Below, piece by piece: positions 1 to 13,470 of a stretch of 64,000 nucleotides of DNA. The notes beneath the pieces were generated by a model, which was given only the letters and a program-made list of their open reading frames with translations, did no database searches and was not told where the DNA came from. Numbering within the stretch: position 1 is the first letter of the stretch; every line of letters begins with the position of its first letter. Made by a program: the position numbers and the translations under genes. Origin of the DNA: Pelomyxa schiedti (lineage: Eukaryota > Protista > Evosea); contig JAHLWZ010000016.1 of NCBI GenBank assembly GCA_020536535.1, forward strand, positions 124,001 through 188,000. The letters are read 5' to 3'.

Positions 1-572
1 ATGTTTTTGGGAGTGAAAAAGTTCTGTATTCCTCTCCGTTCAACAGACACTCTTCTATAATCCTCCAAAAGAAATGGGATGATTGCCCTTGTTGGATACT
101 TGTAGTTGTTAGAAAAAGAAAATCCAAGGAGAAAAGATAGGAGGGATACAGTCATCAAAATTGGGCCTTTATATCTAAACCTGTTAAAAAAAAAAAAACC
201 CAAAAAGAAGTGGGTGTACCCTTTTTGTTCTGTGAAATGTGGCAGAGCTCCACAGTGATCCAAATGGCTGCATAAACGTCAGCAAAGAAGTATTGCAAAG
301 AAGGCTACAAATGGGATATTATCAAGCACTGTACGTGGTCTGTGTAAGGCCCAGTAGGAGCAATGCTGGTAAAATTAGGAAACCTGAAAAACAACCATAC
401 CAAATAGTTTGTTAGAAATTTGAAAAAAAAAAAAAGTGGTTCACCTGCGCTCGTCGTCAAATCCCATGTGCATCCCACAATCAAAAAGTATATTACGTCC
501 GCCTATTGTTACCCACACACAACTACCCCCTACATCCTGTCCAGCACCCAGCGGCCGCACAACAATCGGCAT
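1..572 (-). CDS. INTS11: Integrator complex subunit 11 / CPSF3L metallo-beta-lactamase endonuclease; 5' part only, runs off the window start
   Basis: Hand-spliced from ATG 572: [47 protein letters not shown]...[16 protein letters not shown]...[46 protein letters not shown] and the HxHxDH motif fit INTS11. Absent from the ORF track because the exons are short. Confidence 0.93.
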
Positions 573-1676
573 TTTGATGACGATAAAACACCTCTTGTAG
601 ATTTCAAATCTGGCGTGGCTACGCGGTTATGGGAGTAAGAGCAGCACGAAGTTTTGCTTCGGCGGTTGTGGATGTTGACAACTACGAGCCATTGTTGCTG
701 TAAATTGGGGGACACGAGGTTGGAAATGTGAATGTTGGAAATAGCTGTTGGTGGATTCGTTTTGTTTTGTTACTACTGTTGCAGTAGAATGATTACATAT
801 GTGGAATAAACTGCCCCTTTGACTCATTTCCACCATCCTTGGAGTGGCTCCGGAATGAATGCAGCTATAATTCCTTACTGTGGGAGAGGTGGCCACACCT
901 TTACCATGCACATAGATACCATACCACATAGATATAGTACCTGTGTTTCTCGCAATAATTTGGGCTCAGACACACCCAACACCTAGTTGCTGATTATTTG
1001 TGGCCTGACAAAATGTTCAAGGCCACATTTCATTGGCAGCTTGGTATTTTCCAGTTTGAACTTATGCACTTCTTGCTTGCATAGTTTGTCAACAACAAAC
1101 TAACAAACAAAAATTCCCAGGTTTCTTCTTCTCTGACTGAGAATATCATCAAGCAACTACCACAACTACTACAAGAGAGTGCTGGGCTGGGGTTTGTGAT
1201 TTATCTAACGACAAGAAGTTTCAGAACCACATAACCGTAACCAAGCACACACCTGTTCATACCAATAACGCTCTGAGTCTGGCATTGTGAAATTATGCTT
1301 CCTCAGGTTCTTTCTGTGCTTCACAAACATGGGTTAGGGTTAGGGAGAACCCTCACGAAAACACCAAGAACAGACAGTCCTCATTTCATATTTCTGAAGA
1401 AAAGAGAAAAACAAGGCTAAACAAAAGAATTTTTATTTGTTTTCTGTTTGTCCTGTAGTGAGAAGCATCAGAAAAGAAGCTGAATATTGGGAAGAGTGAA
1501 GAGTCCCAGGAAAGCCCAATAGAAAGATCTTTGCTGTAGCTGAGAACTCCGTGTGAGAAGAAGAGAACACACAAGCCATCTCCAGACAATTCAACCGAAT
1601 TCCTCCAGTGTGTGATCAGATCTACCGAGAACCTGGCCGAAAGGAAAAAGAAGGACAACAACGTGTGGGTGCAGAG

Positions 1677-4600
1677 ATGGACTTGGAGTCGCAGACACCG
1701 GCGGGAACATGGCAGCGTATGTCCGACAAGTACTACAGGTAAACTCAAAAAGAAAAAAAAAAACACGTTATAGTTGGGGGGTCTATGAAGATCTCCAGCG
1801 TTTGGTGGCTTGGTGTTGGTAACACTTAGATTTACGGTAGACGCCATCGTGTGTATGAAATGATGTGGAAAAATGTTGACTTGGAGAAGTATGTCTTGGC
1901 TGCATCACCTTACGGTGGCCCCATTGGTATGTGGCCACTTTCTTTTTTGTATGATACGGCACTTGGCCAATTTTGGGGGGGTTTTTTTCTTATTTGTTTT
2001 TTAAATCCAAAAACACGAAACACACAACCCTGACACACTCTATGTAGCTTTGACAAGAGATCCCAAAAAAATTGTCAAAGGCGTGGAGGACAACGTGAGC
2101 ATTTACACATCGGCTGGTGCGCTAATGCACAGATTTTTTGTTTGTACCTTGTTTGTCTTTTTTCTTTTTCCCTGATCGTCTCTGTAGCACGGCACGGGAA
2201 AAATTGCTGGTCTGGGGTGGACATCAAAAACCCACCTAGTCATAATTTTGGAGTATGTTCACACTGTTAGACCCCTTTTTTTTTTTTTTTTTTTTGCTTT
2301 CATTCAATAACTATCTTTTTTGTTTTAGGGATGGAAATGTATTATTGTATACTGTATATGGTAGCAAAGTGGGATCATTCCACCTTGGAGAGGATCTAAG
2401 GGCTGACCACCTCGTGGAGGTGCAAATGTGGGGAGACGGTTTTGTAGCTCTTACAGCAAATGTTCAATTTGTGGGAGTATTTGATGTATGCATGCACGCT
2501 CCTTCCAATATAAATGATTACAGTTTTATTCTCAGCAAATTTAGTAACATTATACTATACTTTTACAGGTGGAGAGTTCAGAACCAAGAATTTTTACTCT
2601 TGCCAATCCCAGTGAACCATTACCCCCGACAAGCTGGACTGTGTTCCCCCCTAACACTGCTGATCCCGAACAACCCCCTGTGGTATTACTTGCAAATGAA
2701 AAAGGCACGATAAAGGAAATCACTTTGACAGTATGCTGCTGCACTCTATTGCTCTGTTGGGGAAAAATGTCTCACTTTTCATCTCTCTGTAGAATGTTAC
2801 TGATCAACTGCTGAACAACGGTCCGTTTAGCAGAATGTGCATCTCACCTTCTGGAAAGCTTCTTGCTTGCTTCACTACCAGTGGGAATCTCTGGGTTGTT
2901 TTGGCAAATTTCTCCAAACAACTTACCGAGTTCAACACTGGAAACCGGGAATCTCCTCACCAACTTGCCTGGTACTCTTCTATCCCCAACTTCTGCACGG
3001 TTTTTCTCCAAGTAAATTTTTTTTCACGAGGTGCGGAAACGACTCTGTTTTATTATACTGGGACCAACTCTTGATGATGGTTGGTCCTGTTGGAGACCAA
3101 ATCAAGTAAGTTATTGTAGACATATTTCATTGAATAGCATAGCCAGACTTAACTTGAAACTGCTGCCAGGTGGTCCTACGACCAGCCGCTCATTCTTGTT
3201 CCAGAATCAGATGGCGTCAGAGTGTTCAGCAACGAGACATGCGAGTTTGTTCATAAAGTTCCTGATGTTTCAGTTCAAATATTTCAAATTGGCTCCACCG
3301 CACCAGCAGCCATGCTTTATGATGCCTTGGAGCATTACTTGGTGTGTAGTGCAGTATTATTCCTGAGATGCCATTTGTAAATTTCCTTTTTTTTTTTTTT
3401 GAATTAGAAAAATAGCCCAAAGGCAGACGAGAATATTCGCAGCATCAAAGCTGACCTGGCTTCTGCTGTTGATACCTGCATTGAAGCTGCTGGGCATGAA
3501 TTTTCACTGAAAACGCAAAGGACACTACTTAAAGTCAGTAACAACTCACTTTGCCACTGCTGCCCCCCCACACCCCGCCATTGATTACATCACTCAAACA
3601 ACCCATTCGATTCCCCCAATCTCATTCTCTCTCAGGCTGCTGCTTTTGGAAAAGCTTTCTTGGATTTTTACAGACCAGAAAAATTTGTCAATATGTGCAA
3701 AACTTTGCGTGTTTTAAATGCCATTCGATTTTATCAAGTTACCTATACAAATATGATGAAGTTTCGTCACTAGGGCTAACTGTTCATCCCAATACAATAG
3801 ATTGGCATCCCTCTCACTTATGCACAATATCAGAAGTTGACCCCTGAAGGACTGGTAACGCGGCTTATGAGTCTTCACAAGCATCTTCTTGCATACCACA
3901 TAAGGTTTGTCCTCTAGAATGTTGTCACTTTATGAAAATGGCCCTCTGTGCTCCAAAACAGCAAACACCTTGGACTCCCAGTGCAACGTGTATTACTTGG
4001 TTGGGCCTGTGAGAAAGTTCAAGCCTCCACCACGGACTCTCCAGAACTCAGTCGAGATATCTATGACCGATTGAAGGAATACCCGGGAATTTCTTATGCC
4101 AGGATAGCCTCTGTTGCGTACCAGTCTTCCAAGAGAACTTTGGCCACGAAGGTTGTGTTCATTCATCCCCAGAAATGATTGGTTTGGTTGCTCATCATCG
4201 ATATTTTTGCAACAAAGTTGCTTGATTACGAACCTCGTGCAGCTGAACAAGTACCTCTGCTACTGCGAATGGGCCAAGAGGAAGTGGCTCTGTCAAAAGC
4301 TGTCGAAAGTGGAGACACAGATTTGGGTAGGTCCCTTGCTCTAAGCCCTCCCGTATAGTGATTTAAAAACCGCACAGTATTTTTGGTTCTGCTTCATATG
4401 ATTCGCACCAAGCAACCCAGAGACTTCTTGGATATCGTGAGATTGCGACCAGCGGCTCTGGAGCTGTTGCTTTCTTATTGTAAACAAGAAAACTATGACT
4501 TGCTGAAAAAGATATACAACCACATGGATCAAGTCCACCTCAAAGCTTCCGTTCTCGTCAGAGATGCTCACAGAGATGAAGTGTGTGACCAAGTTTTTCT

Positions 4601-5476
4601 TTTTGCGGAATTATATTGACAATTGTGACTAATTTGTACCAGAATTTTGACACCGTTCTAGCTCTTATGCAAAATGCTCTTTCCCTTTACCAAACATCCA
4701 AGGAGCATGCATTCCACGCTAAGGTCGGGGTATTTGCTACCTCAATCCTTAAATGAGCAATCGTACAGGCTACAGAAGAGCAAACACGACTTTTTCTCAC
4801 TCAAAGAGATCTAGAGTTTGCTATTCCCAAACAGTCCTTCTTTGGATTATCTGTTAGCGAGACGATTCTTAAACTTCTGAGTTTAAATGAGCACAACAGA
4901 GTAAAGAAAATAGTGAAGGATTTCAAAGTTCCGGAAAAAAGGTAAGAGTAAAGCTAAACTATTTGCAGAGCCTGACTTTCAAATAAATGAAAGACTGTGG
5001 TGGTTGAGACTCAAGGCAATATCACAAATTGAAAATTTGGAGGACAGGTTCACGCAACTTTGGGCCTTGTCCCAAGAGAAAAAGTCCCCGGTCGGCTATG
5101 AAGTACGTAGCATATTCTAATCGCTTTGTACTCAAAATCTTCAGCCGTTTGCGGACGTTGCAATTGCAAGTTGTCTTCCGCCAAGCTTCGATCCAGTATT
5201 GCGTTATATACAGAAAATAACCGATCCCACGACCCGTGCTGAATACTACGTTCGGATAGGGTTTGTTTCTCACACCTTTCTGTTAACTCACACTCAACAA
5301 AGAGAGTGGCGTGTTGCTGGAGATACATGCTTCAGGGCAAAGAATTTGGAACAGCTTCAGCAAATAGCTTCCAAGTCCTGCTCCTCTCCCCTAGTCTTTT
5401 TCTGTAACGCCTCCTCAGATGTAACACTCCAGATAGAGGCTATCTAGACTCATTAATACAAAAGCTACAGGAGTAA
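1677..5476 (+). CDS. VPS16: HOPS/CORVET subunit Vps16 (many introns)
   Basis: Spliced segments [88 protein letters not shown] and EKKSPVGYE are Vps16 N- and C-terminal motifs; TAA at 5474-5476. Confidence 0.93.
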
Positions 5477-5617
5477 CAACACCACTAGACACCCCAACAC
5501 CTCACGAAATTTCGAAATTGCTGGGAATCAAAATAAAAAAAAAAACAAAATTCCATAAAACGATGGGGTCATTGCGGTTTTTTTTAAGAGCGCGTGGCAG
5601 CTGCACCAGAGACAACA

Positions 5618-7251
5618 ATGATGGGTGGACGTGATGCCTTTTTTGATCTGCGTGTTGGAGAGTGTCGATTCACGTTTGGCAGGAGGTACGCGATGCCAAT
5701 TATGTGGCAAACTAAATTTTTCCCTTTCTAAATTGCAGGTGGTTGGCGATTGTGGGACTGCTGCTTTCTAACTTCTCATTTGGGATCAATTTGTGCTGGG
5801 GGCTTGTGGCTCTATATTTGGACCCTAGCAGTTTGTCTCTGGGTGGAATCATGTGGCTTGTGGCTGCATCAATTTCAGCCTCTGTTGTTCTGAGTGCTGC
5901 ACTGCAGGAATTCACTTTCTTGTATAAGAACTCCTTTGTACCTTGCTTGTGCTCTTTGGCATGTGCATTGGTGGCTGGGGGTTGTGCTATTGGGAGCGGC
6001 TGGGTCAGGTGCTATGGACTGTATTTGCTTCTCTATGGAATATCGTGCTGCGGTGGCACTGGGCCGATTCTAACTCTGTCTGTCAATTGCGTGAGGAAGT
6101 GGTACCCAGTGAAGAAGGAAAGTCCAGTGTGCTCTAATCCTGCACTTTTTGCCGTGCCGGTCTGTGGGCTAGCCTGTGGTGGAGTGGCCTTTTCTCTGCT
6201 CATTTCGTTCTTGTTTGATCCACATCAGAGTCGCGCTTCAATGTCACCATGGTATGTCTGGGACATTAATCGAAGCAGACTTGCCATGGGAATTACAGGA
6301 GCTGTGCTTCTAGTTTCATCTATAGCAGCAGCTGTGTTAACACAAAACCCGCCACAAGTACCTCCAGAATTGCCCGACAAGTCACAGATACAAGGAGACA
6401 GAGGACCAAATACCCGGGATTTACAGAATCCGCATGTCTGCCCAAGAACACCCAAGATTCGGTCTATTGCTCTTTGGTTTTCCCAACTTTCACCAGCACT
6501 CGCATCAATTGCTCCTCTGTGTTCATTCTCACACTTCATGATCCAACGGAATGTCCGCGGAGTGAGTGCTCTCGTAGTATCTGCCGTGTCCCTGCTCATA
6601 TATTCCCTGGGCACTGCTGTCTGGCATATTCCTTGCTCTGTTCCGGATTCCCGCGCGCACCATGCACTTCGCTTGGTCGTGTGTCTCCTAGCCGGCGTTT
6701 TTGCTCTTATCTACCCTCTGACAACTTCCTCGGCCGCCTTCTTCACGTGCATCACTGCCGCCCACGCGTTTTGCATATCCTCAGCAGGGATTCTCTCTCA
6801 AGCGGCCTGCCACGACCTTGTTTACTCCGACGATTACGATGAAGATCCTGACTTTGACTTTGACAAAAGTACCTCCGCAACCCCCGCAAGGAGTTCCATC
6901 CCACCCACACCTGTACAACCACAAACAATCACAAGCTCAACGACATCAACAATAATCAGCAGTAGTGAGTTGTGTGAGGAATGTCAGAGGCGGCAGCGGT
7001 GGCTCTCAGGCCTTGGTTCCACAGCAGTGGCCACTGCCGCTGTGATATCAGCATGCTTGGTGAGTAGCACTTTGGAGTTGCGGCATGTGTTCATGATAGT
7101 TGGTGGTGTTGCAATCATTGTTGGTGTTCCTGCTTCCCTGGTTCTGGCTCATTGCAATCCAGTCTCCTTTTGTCATTTGAAAAGGTACTCCACTCAGCAG
7201 GCTCAAACAGTGCCCCCACCATCTGAGTTTGTAGAAATCGACCTCAAGTGA
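5618..7251 (+). CDS. Major facilitator superfamily transporter (OFA/MCT-like)
   Basis: Short first exon (MMGGRDAFF...GR) joined to the 502-aa ORF; about 12 hydrophobic segments. RWLAIVG...NFSFGINLCWG and VRKWYPVKK resemble OFA-family TM1 and the KWFP motif. Confidence 0.7.
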
Positions 7252-7377
7252 TAGGACTCCACCCTGCACCGAAAATGTTTTAAAAAAATCAAAACTCGCA
7301 ATTGCGGAATCAAAAACCAACTTTCCTTGTCCCAGTAAGAATAATAATAAAAAAAACAAAAAAAAATCATCGGTGGT

Positions 7378-8329
7378 ATGGCGTTGTTTGTAGGCCGGCT
7401 GTCGTACGAGACGACATCGCGAGATCTCGAGGAGCACTTCAGGAAGTTTGGGACTCTTGAAAAGTGTGAAGTGAAGAGAGGAAGAGGTAACACCGCCGTC
7501 GATTTTTTTTTTTTCATACACATTACTGTGTTGTTTTGTTTGCGTTACTTTTTCTCGGTTTTTTGGGTTTTTTTTTGTGGCAGTTGACGTTGTACAGTAT
7601 TTTAACCAAACAATAAGTGAGATGAAGAATCCACTTAACTCGTCACGCACGCTTGCTTTGCACTTCTTCACCCACACTCGCACGCACGCCATGCTGGGGC
7701 ACATTGCTTTCAGGGAGCAAACACAGTCAATGCTCATTGCTCACAGGTTACGGCTTCGTTGCTTACCGAGATAAGCGTGATGCTGAAGATGCTTTACATG
7801 ATTTGAATGGTGTTGTCCTGGGTCTGAATTTATCAGGCGTGTTTAACTTTTCATAGGTTCCCAGTTGATGGGTTGCAGGATTACTGTAGAGTGGGCTAAA
7901 AGCACTGGCTACGGCGGACCAAGTACTTATGACAAGTCCATTCTTTTAATAACTTGCACCAGATAACGATAGGTGCTTCCTTTGTGGAAGGGAAGGTCAT
8001 TGGGCAAGAGATTGCCCCGACAAACGGTAGTGTCACTAACCATTTCCTGCCACCTGTTAACACACCCGTTTCTTTCCTACAGACGTTCTTCCTCTTCCTC
8101 CCATCACCGCAGCACAAGGTCCCGCTCTCGTTCGCGCTCACGGTCACGCTCCCGCTCCAGGTCACCCCAACAACGAAGACACAACAGGTCTCGCTCCAGG
8201 ACCCACTCTCGCTCAAGGTCACCCCCCCACAAGAAGCACTCCCACTCTGCCTCCCGGTCACCCCATGGACCCCGCCATGACGAAGCACCCCCTGCCGAGA
8301 AGCCCGCTGTTGAAGAAAACCACTCCTAA
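7378..8329 (+). CDS. SR splicing factor, RRM + zinc knuckle + RS domain (SRSF7/9G8/RSZ-like)
   Basis: LFVGRL (RNP2), GYGFVAY (RNP1), DAEDALHDLNG, RITVEWAK, CFLCGREGHWARDC knuckle and RSRSRS tail. Confidence 0.9.
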
Positions 8330-8483
8330 GCAATCCTACAAAAAATATCCTCCCACCACCTGCTACACTAACACTCACACAACCAAGGGTTATTCAACTC
8401 CTTTCCCTTTGACCCTTTTCCTTCCTTTCTTTCGGTTTTATTAAGCAATTTACCTAGAAAATTGAGCAAACACCCACACCAAC

Positions 8484-9276
8484 ATGAGCAGTGTAAAAAG
8501 CAGCAAGCCACAGGACGAGAGAGTGGGGCTGTGGCGCGGGCGGTATGCGGCGGCGCAGGGGGGAGTCGTGGCGCTGCTGGCGGCGGGGCGCCGCGGGTCC
8601 GCGGGGGCGCTGCAGGGGCTGCCGCCCGAGGCGGCGCAGCGGGTGCGGAGGTGGCTGCTGCGCGACCTGGCCGGGAGCTTCTCGGCCTCGTGCGTCAAGC
8701 GGAACAGCTGGGGGTGGTGGGGCCACAGCATGGGGCCCGACGCGCCCACCACGCTCTCGTGGATGTTCTCGCTGGAGGAGGAGCCGGAGGAGGGGGAGGA
8801 GGCGGGGGGAAGCGAGGGGGAGAGGAAGACTGGGACGGGCAAGGGCAAGGGGAAAGGGAAAGAGAAAGTGAGCCGCCTCGAGGGGCGCTGTGTTTGTTAC
8901 GCTAGGGACTTCCCAGAACCTACGGATGAATTTAGTGGGCCTTGGAGAGTTGAGAGATGTAAGGTGTGCGTGTGTTCCCTCATATAACAACGCCAACGAG
9001 GAACCCAAAACCCACTTAAAATAATAACGGGGAAAAAACAAAACAAAAAATGTGCCATATGGAAAGCCAAGAGAGGGATTCCTGCCCTTGAGAATTATTG
9101 TGGATATGCCGTTTAAGCCATATTATTGCCAACTAGCTGATAAGTACACTATCATGGCTAACAAAAACACATTCTGTTTCGCCATAGCCTGTCACCATAA
9201 ATTCTTCCTGGAGTTGGAGGCCATTGACTCTGTGCCACTTCCTCCCAATGTCACCCTTTCATTCAAAATGCAATGA
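8484..9276 (+). CDS. Hypothetical protein, GC-rich first exon; 3' structure uncertain
   Basis: 167-aa ORF from ATG 8484 with strong GC3 bias; probably spliced to the 9070-9276 segment. No recognisable domain. Confidence 0.35.
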
Positions 9277-9440
9277 GCCTCAATCCAAATCACGCCACTG
9301 TATCCCGACTTTTTCTTCTTCTTAAATCTCAACTTTCCATTCCCAGCATCCGATCACAACGTCGCTTGAAAAAAGGGGCGTTTCCAAGTCGATTTTTTCC
9401 TTGTCATTGCTTTGACTTTCGAAAACAAACAAAAAAATTC

Positions 9441-11831
9441 ATGGGAGACAGGTGGGTGTTGCGGTGCATACCACCGGTGTTTGTCGAGGAAAACACAACC
9501 GAGTGCCGAGGGGCCAGATTCGAGCATGGTAATAGGCTGAGGCTGCCGGCGTCACTTCTCGAGAGATTCTTTGGAAGGCCTGACTCTGGCTATCGTAGCG
9601 GCAACAGGCTGGGATCTTCTGTTTGTACTTTTTTTTTTTTTGTTTTTGTGGGTGAAGGGCGTAGATCTGACGGTTTAAAGGAGCCAATTCTTTTTAGTGT
9701 GAGAAACACTGAAATTGGTTTTACTGGGGACAGAGGGCAAATGTACTTCTTCTATCCCTTGGTTTTTGATTTTTATTGTGTTGCATTTTTTTACCTAAAA
9801 TGTAGTGTTTGTGGCGCGTTAGACTTTGTTACTCCTGAAGGGCGGGTTGTTGTTCCCAAGTGGATCATGACATATCTCTGGCTGCAAGATGACTCCCCTG
9901 TTGAACTGACTTATTTGAGGAGAAGTCTCCCTCGTGCTCGTCAAGTATCTTTGAAGCCAGTGCACTACAGTTTTTATGAGAACATTACAAATCCCAGACG
10001 TTATCTGGAGGAGCACCTCACCAATTACTCGACTTTGACGCAGGGATCTACAATAAGTGTTGGGGACGAAACTAGGTTTTGTCTGCTCCCTTTTTTTCCT
10101 TCATTTCACAGAGTACAGGTTTTTTGACATTTTTGTGCAGAAATGCACACCAGAGGGCACAGTCAACATAGTAAACTCTGATGTCGAATTGGTCTTGGAA
10201 GAACCTATCACTCAACAACCAAACCCATCTCGTCGATTGGAGGTTGCTACGCCAATGGATGGAGAAGTAAAAGCAGGGGATTACTCCTATTTTAGTGTTG
10301 TAGTTCCAGAAGCAAATGCTACGGACACCCTTCGGATCGAATGTCAAGCAATATCTGGTGATTCTTGTAACACATGCTGCACGTTTCACGTCTTGTAGGG
10401 GACCCGGATATCTATGTCAGTGCTGATTGCCAGAAACCAAGTCGACTAGAATACACTTGGTCTGGTGTGACTACAGGTGGTGAAGAAATTGAGATTCCAC
10501 CAAATCAGAGAGATCCCCAAAACAGAACCTTCTTCATTTCCGTACTTTCTTTCCCTTTTCTTCTTTTATAGTAACTTTTCTCAGGTGTATGGATACAGTG
10601 CAAGCACTTTCAAAATTGCTGCATACCTTGAAACCAAAGAAGAGCAATCTGAGCTCCGTAAAAGTGGGCTTGCATCACGCACTATGTCCCTGAGGTCTTC
10701 TTCTTCTTCTTCGCACGATGGAATGTCTGAATGCCCCAATTGCGGTGGATGGGTACCTCAGCTTAGTTTTGAACGTCACACCGCCTTTTGTGCAAGAAAT
10801 AACTGGAAATGTCCTGTGTGCTCGTTGACCATGCCTGCCAAAGATCGTGCAGCACATGTTCATTGTACATTTGGATCTTGTAAAAAGTTAATGGATCCCA
10901 ATCACGGACACTGTCCCGACTGTTCTATGGAAATGGCACCCATAGAAATTACGAAACACCATGAAGTGTGTTTTCTATGACATTGTCTCTTTTTACCTCC
11001 GTACAAAGATTTATCACACACCGCTTCAATGTACATGTAGTGCTAAGTACACACTTGAAGACATGCGAATTCACAAACAATATGAATGCAGGTTACGAGA
11101 AGAACCCTGTCAGTGGTGTGCAGAAAAGGTTTGGGTTTAAAAAAATAAACGTAACTGATAAACAGTCTATCTAGATAACTGTGGAACTTCTTCCGCATCA
11201 CCAATCAGAATGCCAGAATAAAACCGTACCTTGTGAGAGATGTGGAAAATTGATTTCACACAGGGACATCAAGCACCACCTAGAAACACATTCAGAAAAC
11301 GAGATACCGCCATCTATTCTTTCTGGTGGCCTGGGCACCTCCGGCGAATGGGAGCGCATACCCCCGGGCATTTTCCACCCTCCCGTCACTGTTGATACAT
11401 CACTGCATCCCACAGCATCCAACCTTGGAACCTCTGGCGAGTGGGAGCCCATTCCCCCTGACATTATGAATCAAGCAGGAACAGGCTACCACCCTCCCAC
11501 ACTGGGAGCTTCCGGTGAGTGGGAACCCATCCCGCCCGGTCTTCTCCAACAATCGGACTCCTCCTCCCCACCATTCTTCTCGCCAACAACAGCCGCATCG
11601 ATACTCCACAGAACCCCTCCCCCATCCTCACTCTCGCCCTCCAATCACCCTCCCCCACTTCCACTTCCTTACACCGACATGTTTGGTGCTCCTTCTTTCA
11701 GACCAAGGGAATCACCACTCAAGTCCTCAGACTGGACATGCGCAGTGTGCCAAAAATTCTGCGCCTCTTTCGACCAACTCCAACGCCACGCTAACGAATC
11801 CCCAGAATGTGCCGCTATTCTAAATTCCTAA
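9441..11831 (+). CDS. UFD1-domain protein with PPC-like domain, TRAF-type Zn fingers and C-terminal C2H2 finger
   Basis: EHGNRLRLPASLL, CGALDFVTPEGRVVVPKWIM, LPRARQVSLKP and NPRRYLEEHLTNYSTLTQG (UFD1); GDYSYFSV...GDPDIYVS (PPC-like); CPNC...HTAFCARNNWKCPVC fingers; CAVCQKFCASFDQLQRH. Confidence 0.85.
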
Positions 11832-11958
11832 TCAAACTTCGTTGCTAAGCTTATGGTTTCTTCTCTTTTATTGATGACTTGTGTCACTTCCCTGCGGTTT
11901 TTTATTTGCGTGGATAACATGACACAAGTGATAAATAAAGCAGCAGACGGTGACTGCC

Positions 11959-13383
11959 ATGTGCGAATCTGGTGAGGAGATCTCGTTCGTGTTCTGCTCC
12001 TTGTTGGCAATTCTCTCACGCCTATTCCTTTGTTTGTGTGACAATAAGGCTCTACGCATGCACAGCAGTCGTGTGTTTCTCGTGGGTGGTCTGCTGCTGT
12101 GCCATCAGTCACGAAACTGGGTGAATTTCTAGCACGGAAGAACGCTCGTAACCCTTTCGATGTTTTTTACATTCCATCACCGGGAAGAAACCTGGCTCAA
12201 CAAGAATTACTTTATCACCCAACCTTATTCAAGGTATGCAATACTATTCTCCTTGTCCTGCTAAGTACCACAGACAGCTAAATGTGACAAGGATGGTGCT
12301 TGTAGGTAGGGTTAAATTTCTCTGTTCTCTTCATTAAATTTTCAACAGGTTTGGCCCACAATGTGCGTTCTATCACACTGCTACACAACAAGAAGAACTG
12401 ATAGGGGCAAATAAACTGCGTGCAGCGTCTGTATAATTTAGGAATCCTCATTTTTTAATTACGAACTTTAAAGGTGGGTCAGGAAACACACTTCCGAATT
12501 GCGAGCTCTACCGCCAAAGTTACGGGTGGGAAAATTCACAGTTGGTGCGCTTTCTTTGCATCTTTCCTCTACTGAATTTTCTTCAAGAGGAGTTACTTGT
12601 CCTAGCTGAAGTGAAACCTCCAAGAGATCACTATCGGGGCTGTTCTACGGATACTTTGCAAACTTTGAGCTATGCCAGTTGCCCGCCTGGGAATACAAAT
12701 CCGAATTCACTGCCTCCAATGAGTACTGGTCGCTCTGACGCTGTGGACGTTGTACTACAAGACTTTGGTAAGTGAAGTAATGGTACCATTTCTAAGCTTG
12801 GTAGAAAACGTGAAGCTACATATTGGGGACTTCTTTCCCCCATGTGCTCTTGCTCGAAATTCTCAGTGCACTGGGTTTGTAAGAAGTGTATGAGGAACCT
12901 TGCTGACCGAGACAGATATTCTTCTGTGTTTTGCCTTAGTTGCACCTGCTATATCTGCTCGGAATGCATCAAAAGCTCCCACAGGTTATAACTTCAGATA
13001 AAAATACTTCAACTAATCTCTACAGTCATCTTGTAGGACATATTTGTGTGCCCTTACACTCTGCCCTCTGTGCGGTATTTTACACCAATTTTTTTCAAAT
13101 GATCTGATACTTGGCGCTTTTAAGAATTGCAGTCAATCTGTTGCCTCGTCGGTCTGCCTAGAATGTACTCCATACAGGCTTGTTTGCGCCAGCTGTGAAA
13201 AAGAAGATATCCCACACAAGCCGGTAAATCTCTTTCACCACTTTATATCTGAAACTCAACTTGCAACAGTCCACCGGGCCAACCAGTGTACCAGGCACAC
13301 ACTGCTTTACTCCCCTTTCTTTGGTTATTACCTGCATAGCAAGTAGCACACAGCACGAGGAACTTGAGCACCATCAAGAGTGA
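11959..13383 (+). CDS. Unkempt-type CCCH zinc finger plus B-box-like Cys/His domains; stop uncertain (13339-13383)
   Basis: Spliced ELLYHPTLFK-TAKCDKDGACR-FGPQCAFYH fits the Unkempt-type CCCH finger; CKKC...VFCLSCTCYICSECIKSSH and CLECTPYRLVCASC are B-box-like. Confidence 0.6.
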
Positions 13384-13470
13384 TGGTGACAAACAACCCC
13401 TTTGGAATCAACCCTGCCAGCACTAATGGAAAATTCTCTTTTTTCTTTTGAATCTTTCTCACTTGAAATA

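Noticed and set aside
420-929. ORF-track ORFs 420-638, 530-715 and 627-929
   Set aside because: Shadows of, or upstream of, the real INTS11 exons; no recognisable protein.
8450-9041. Multiple overlapping ORFs on both strands
   Set aside because: Expected in a very GC-rich patch with few stop codons; only the 8484 frame was kept.
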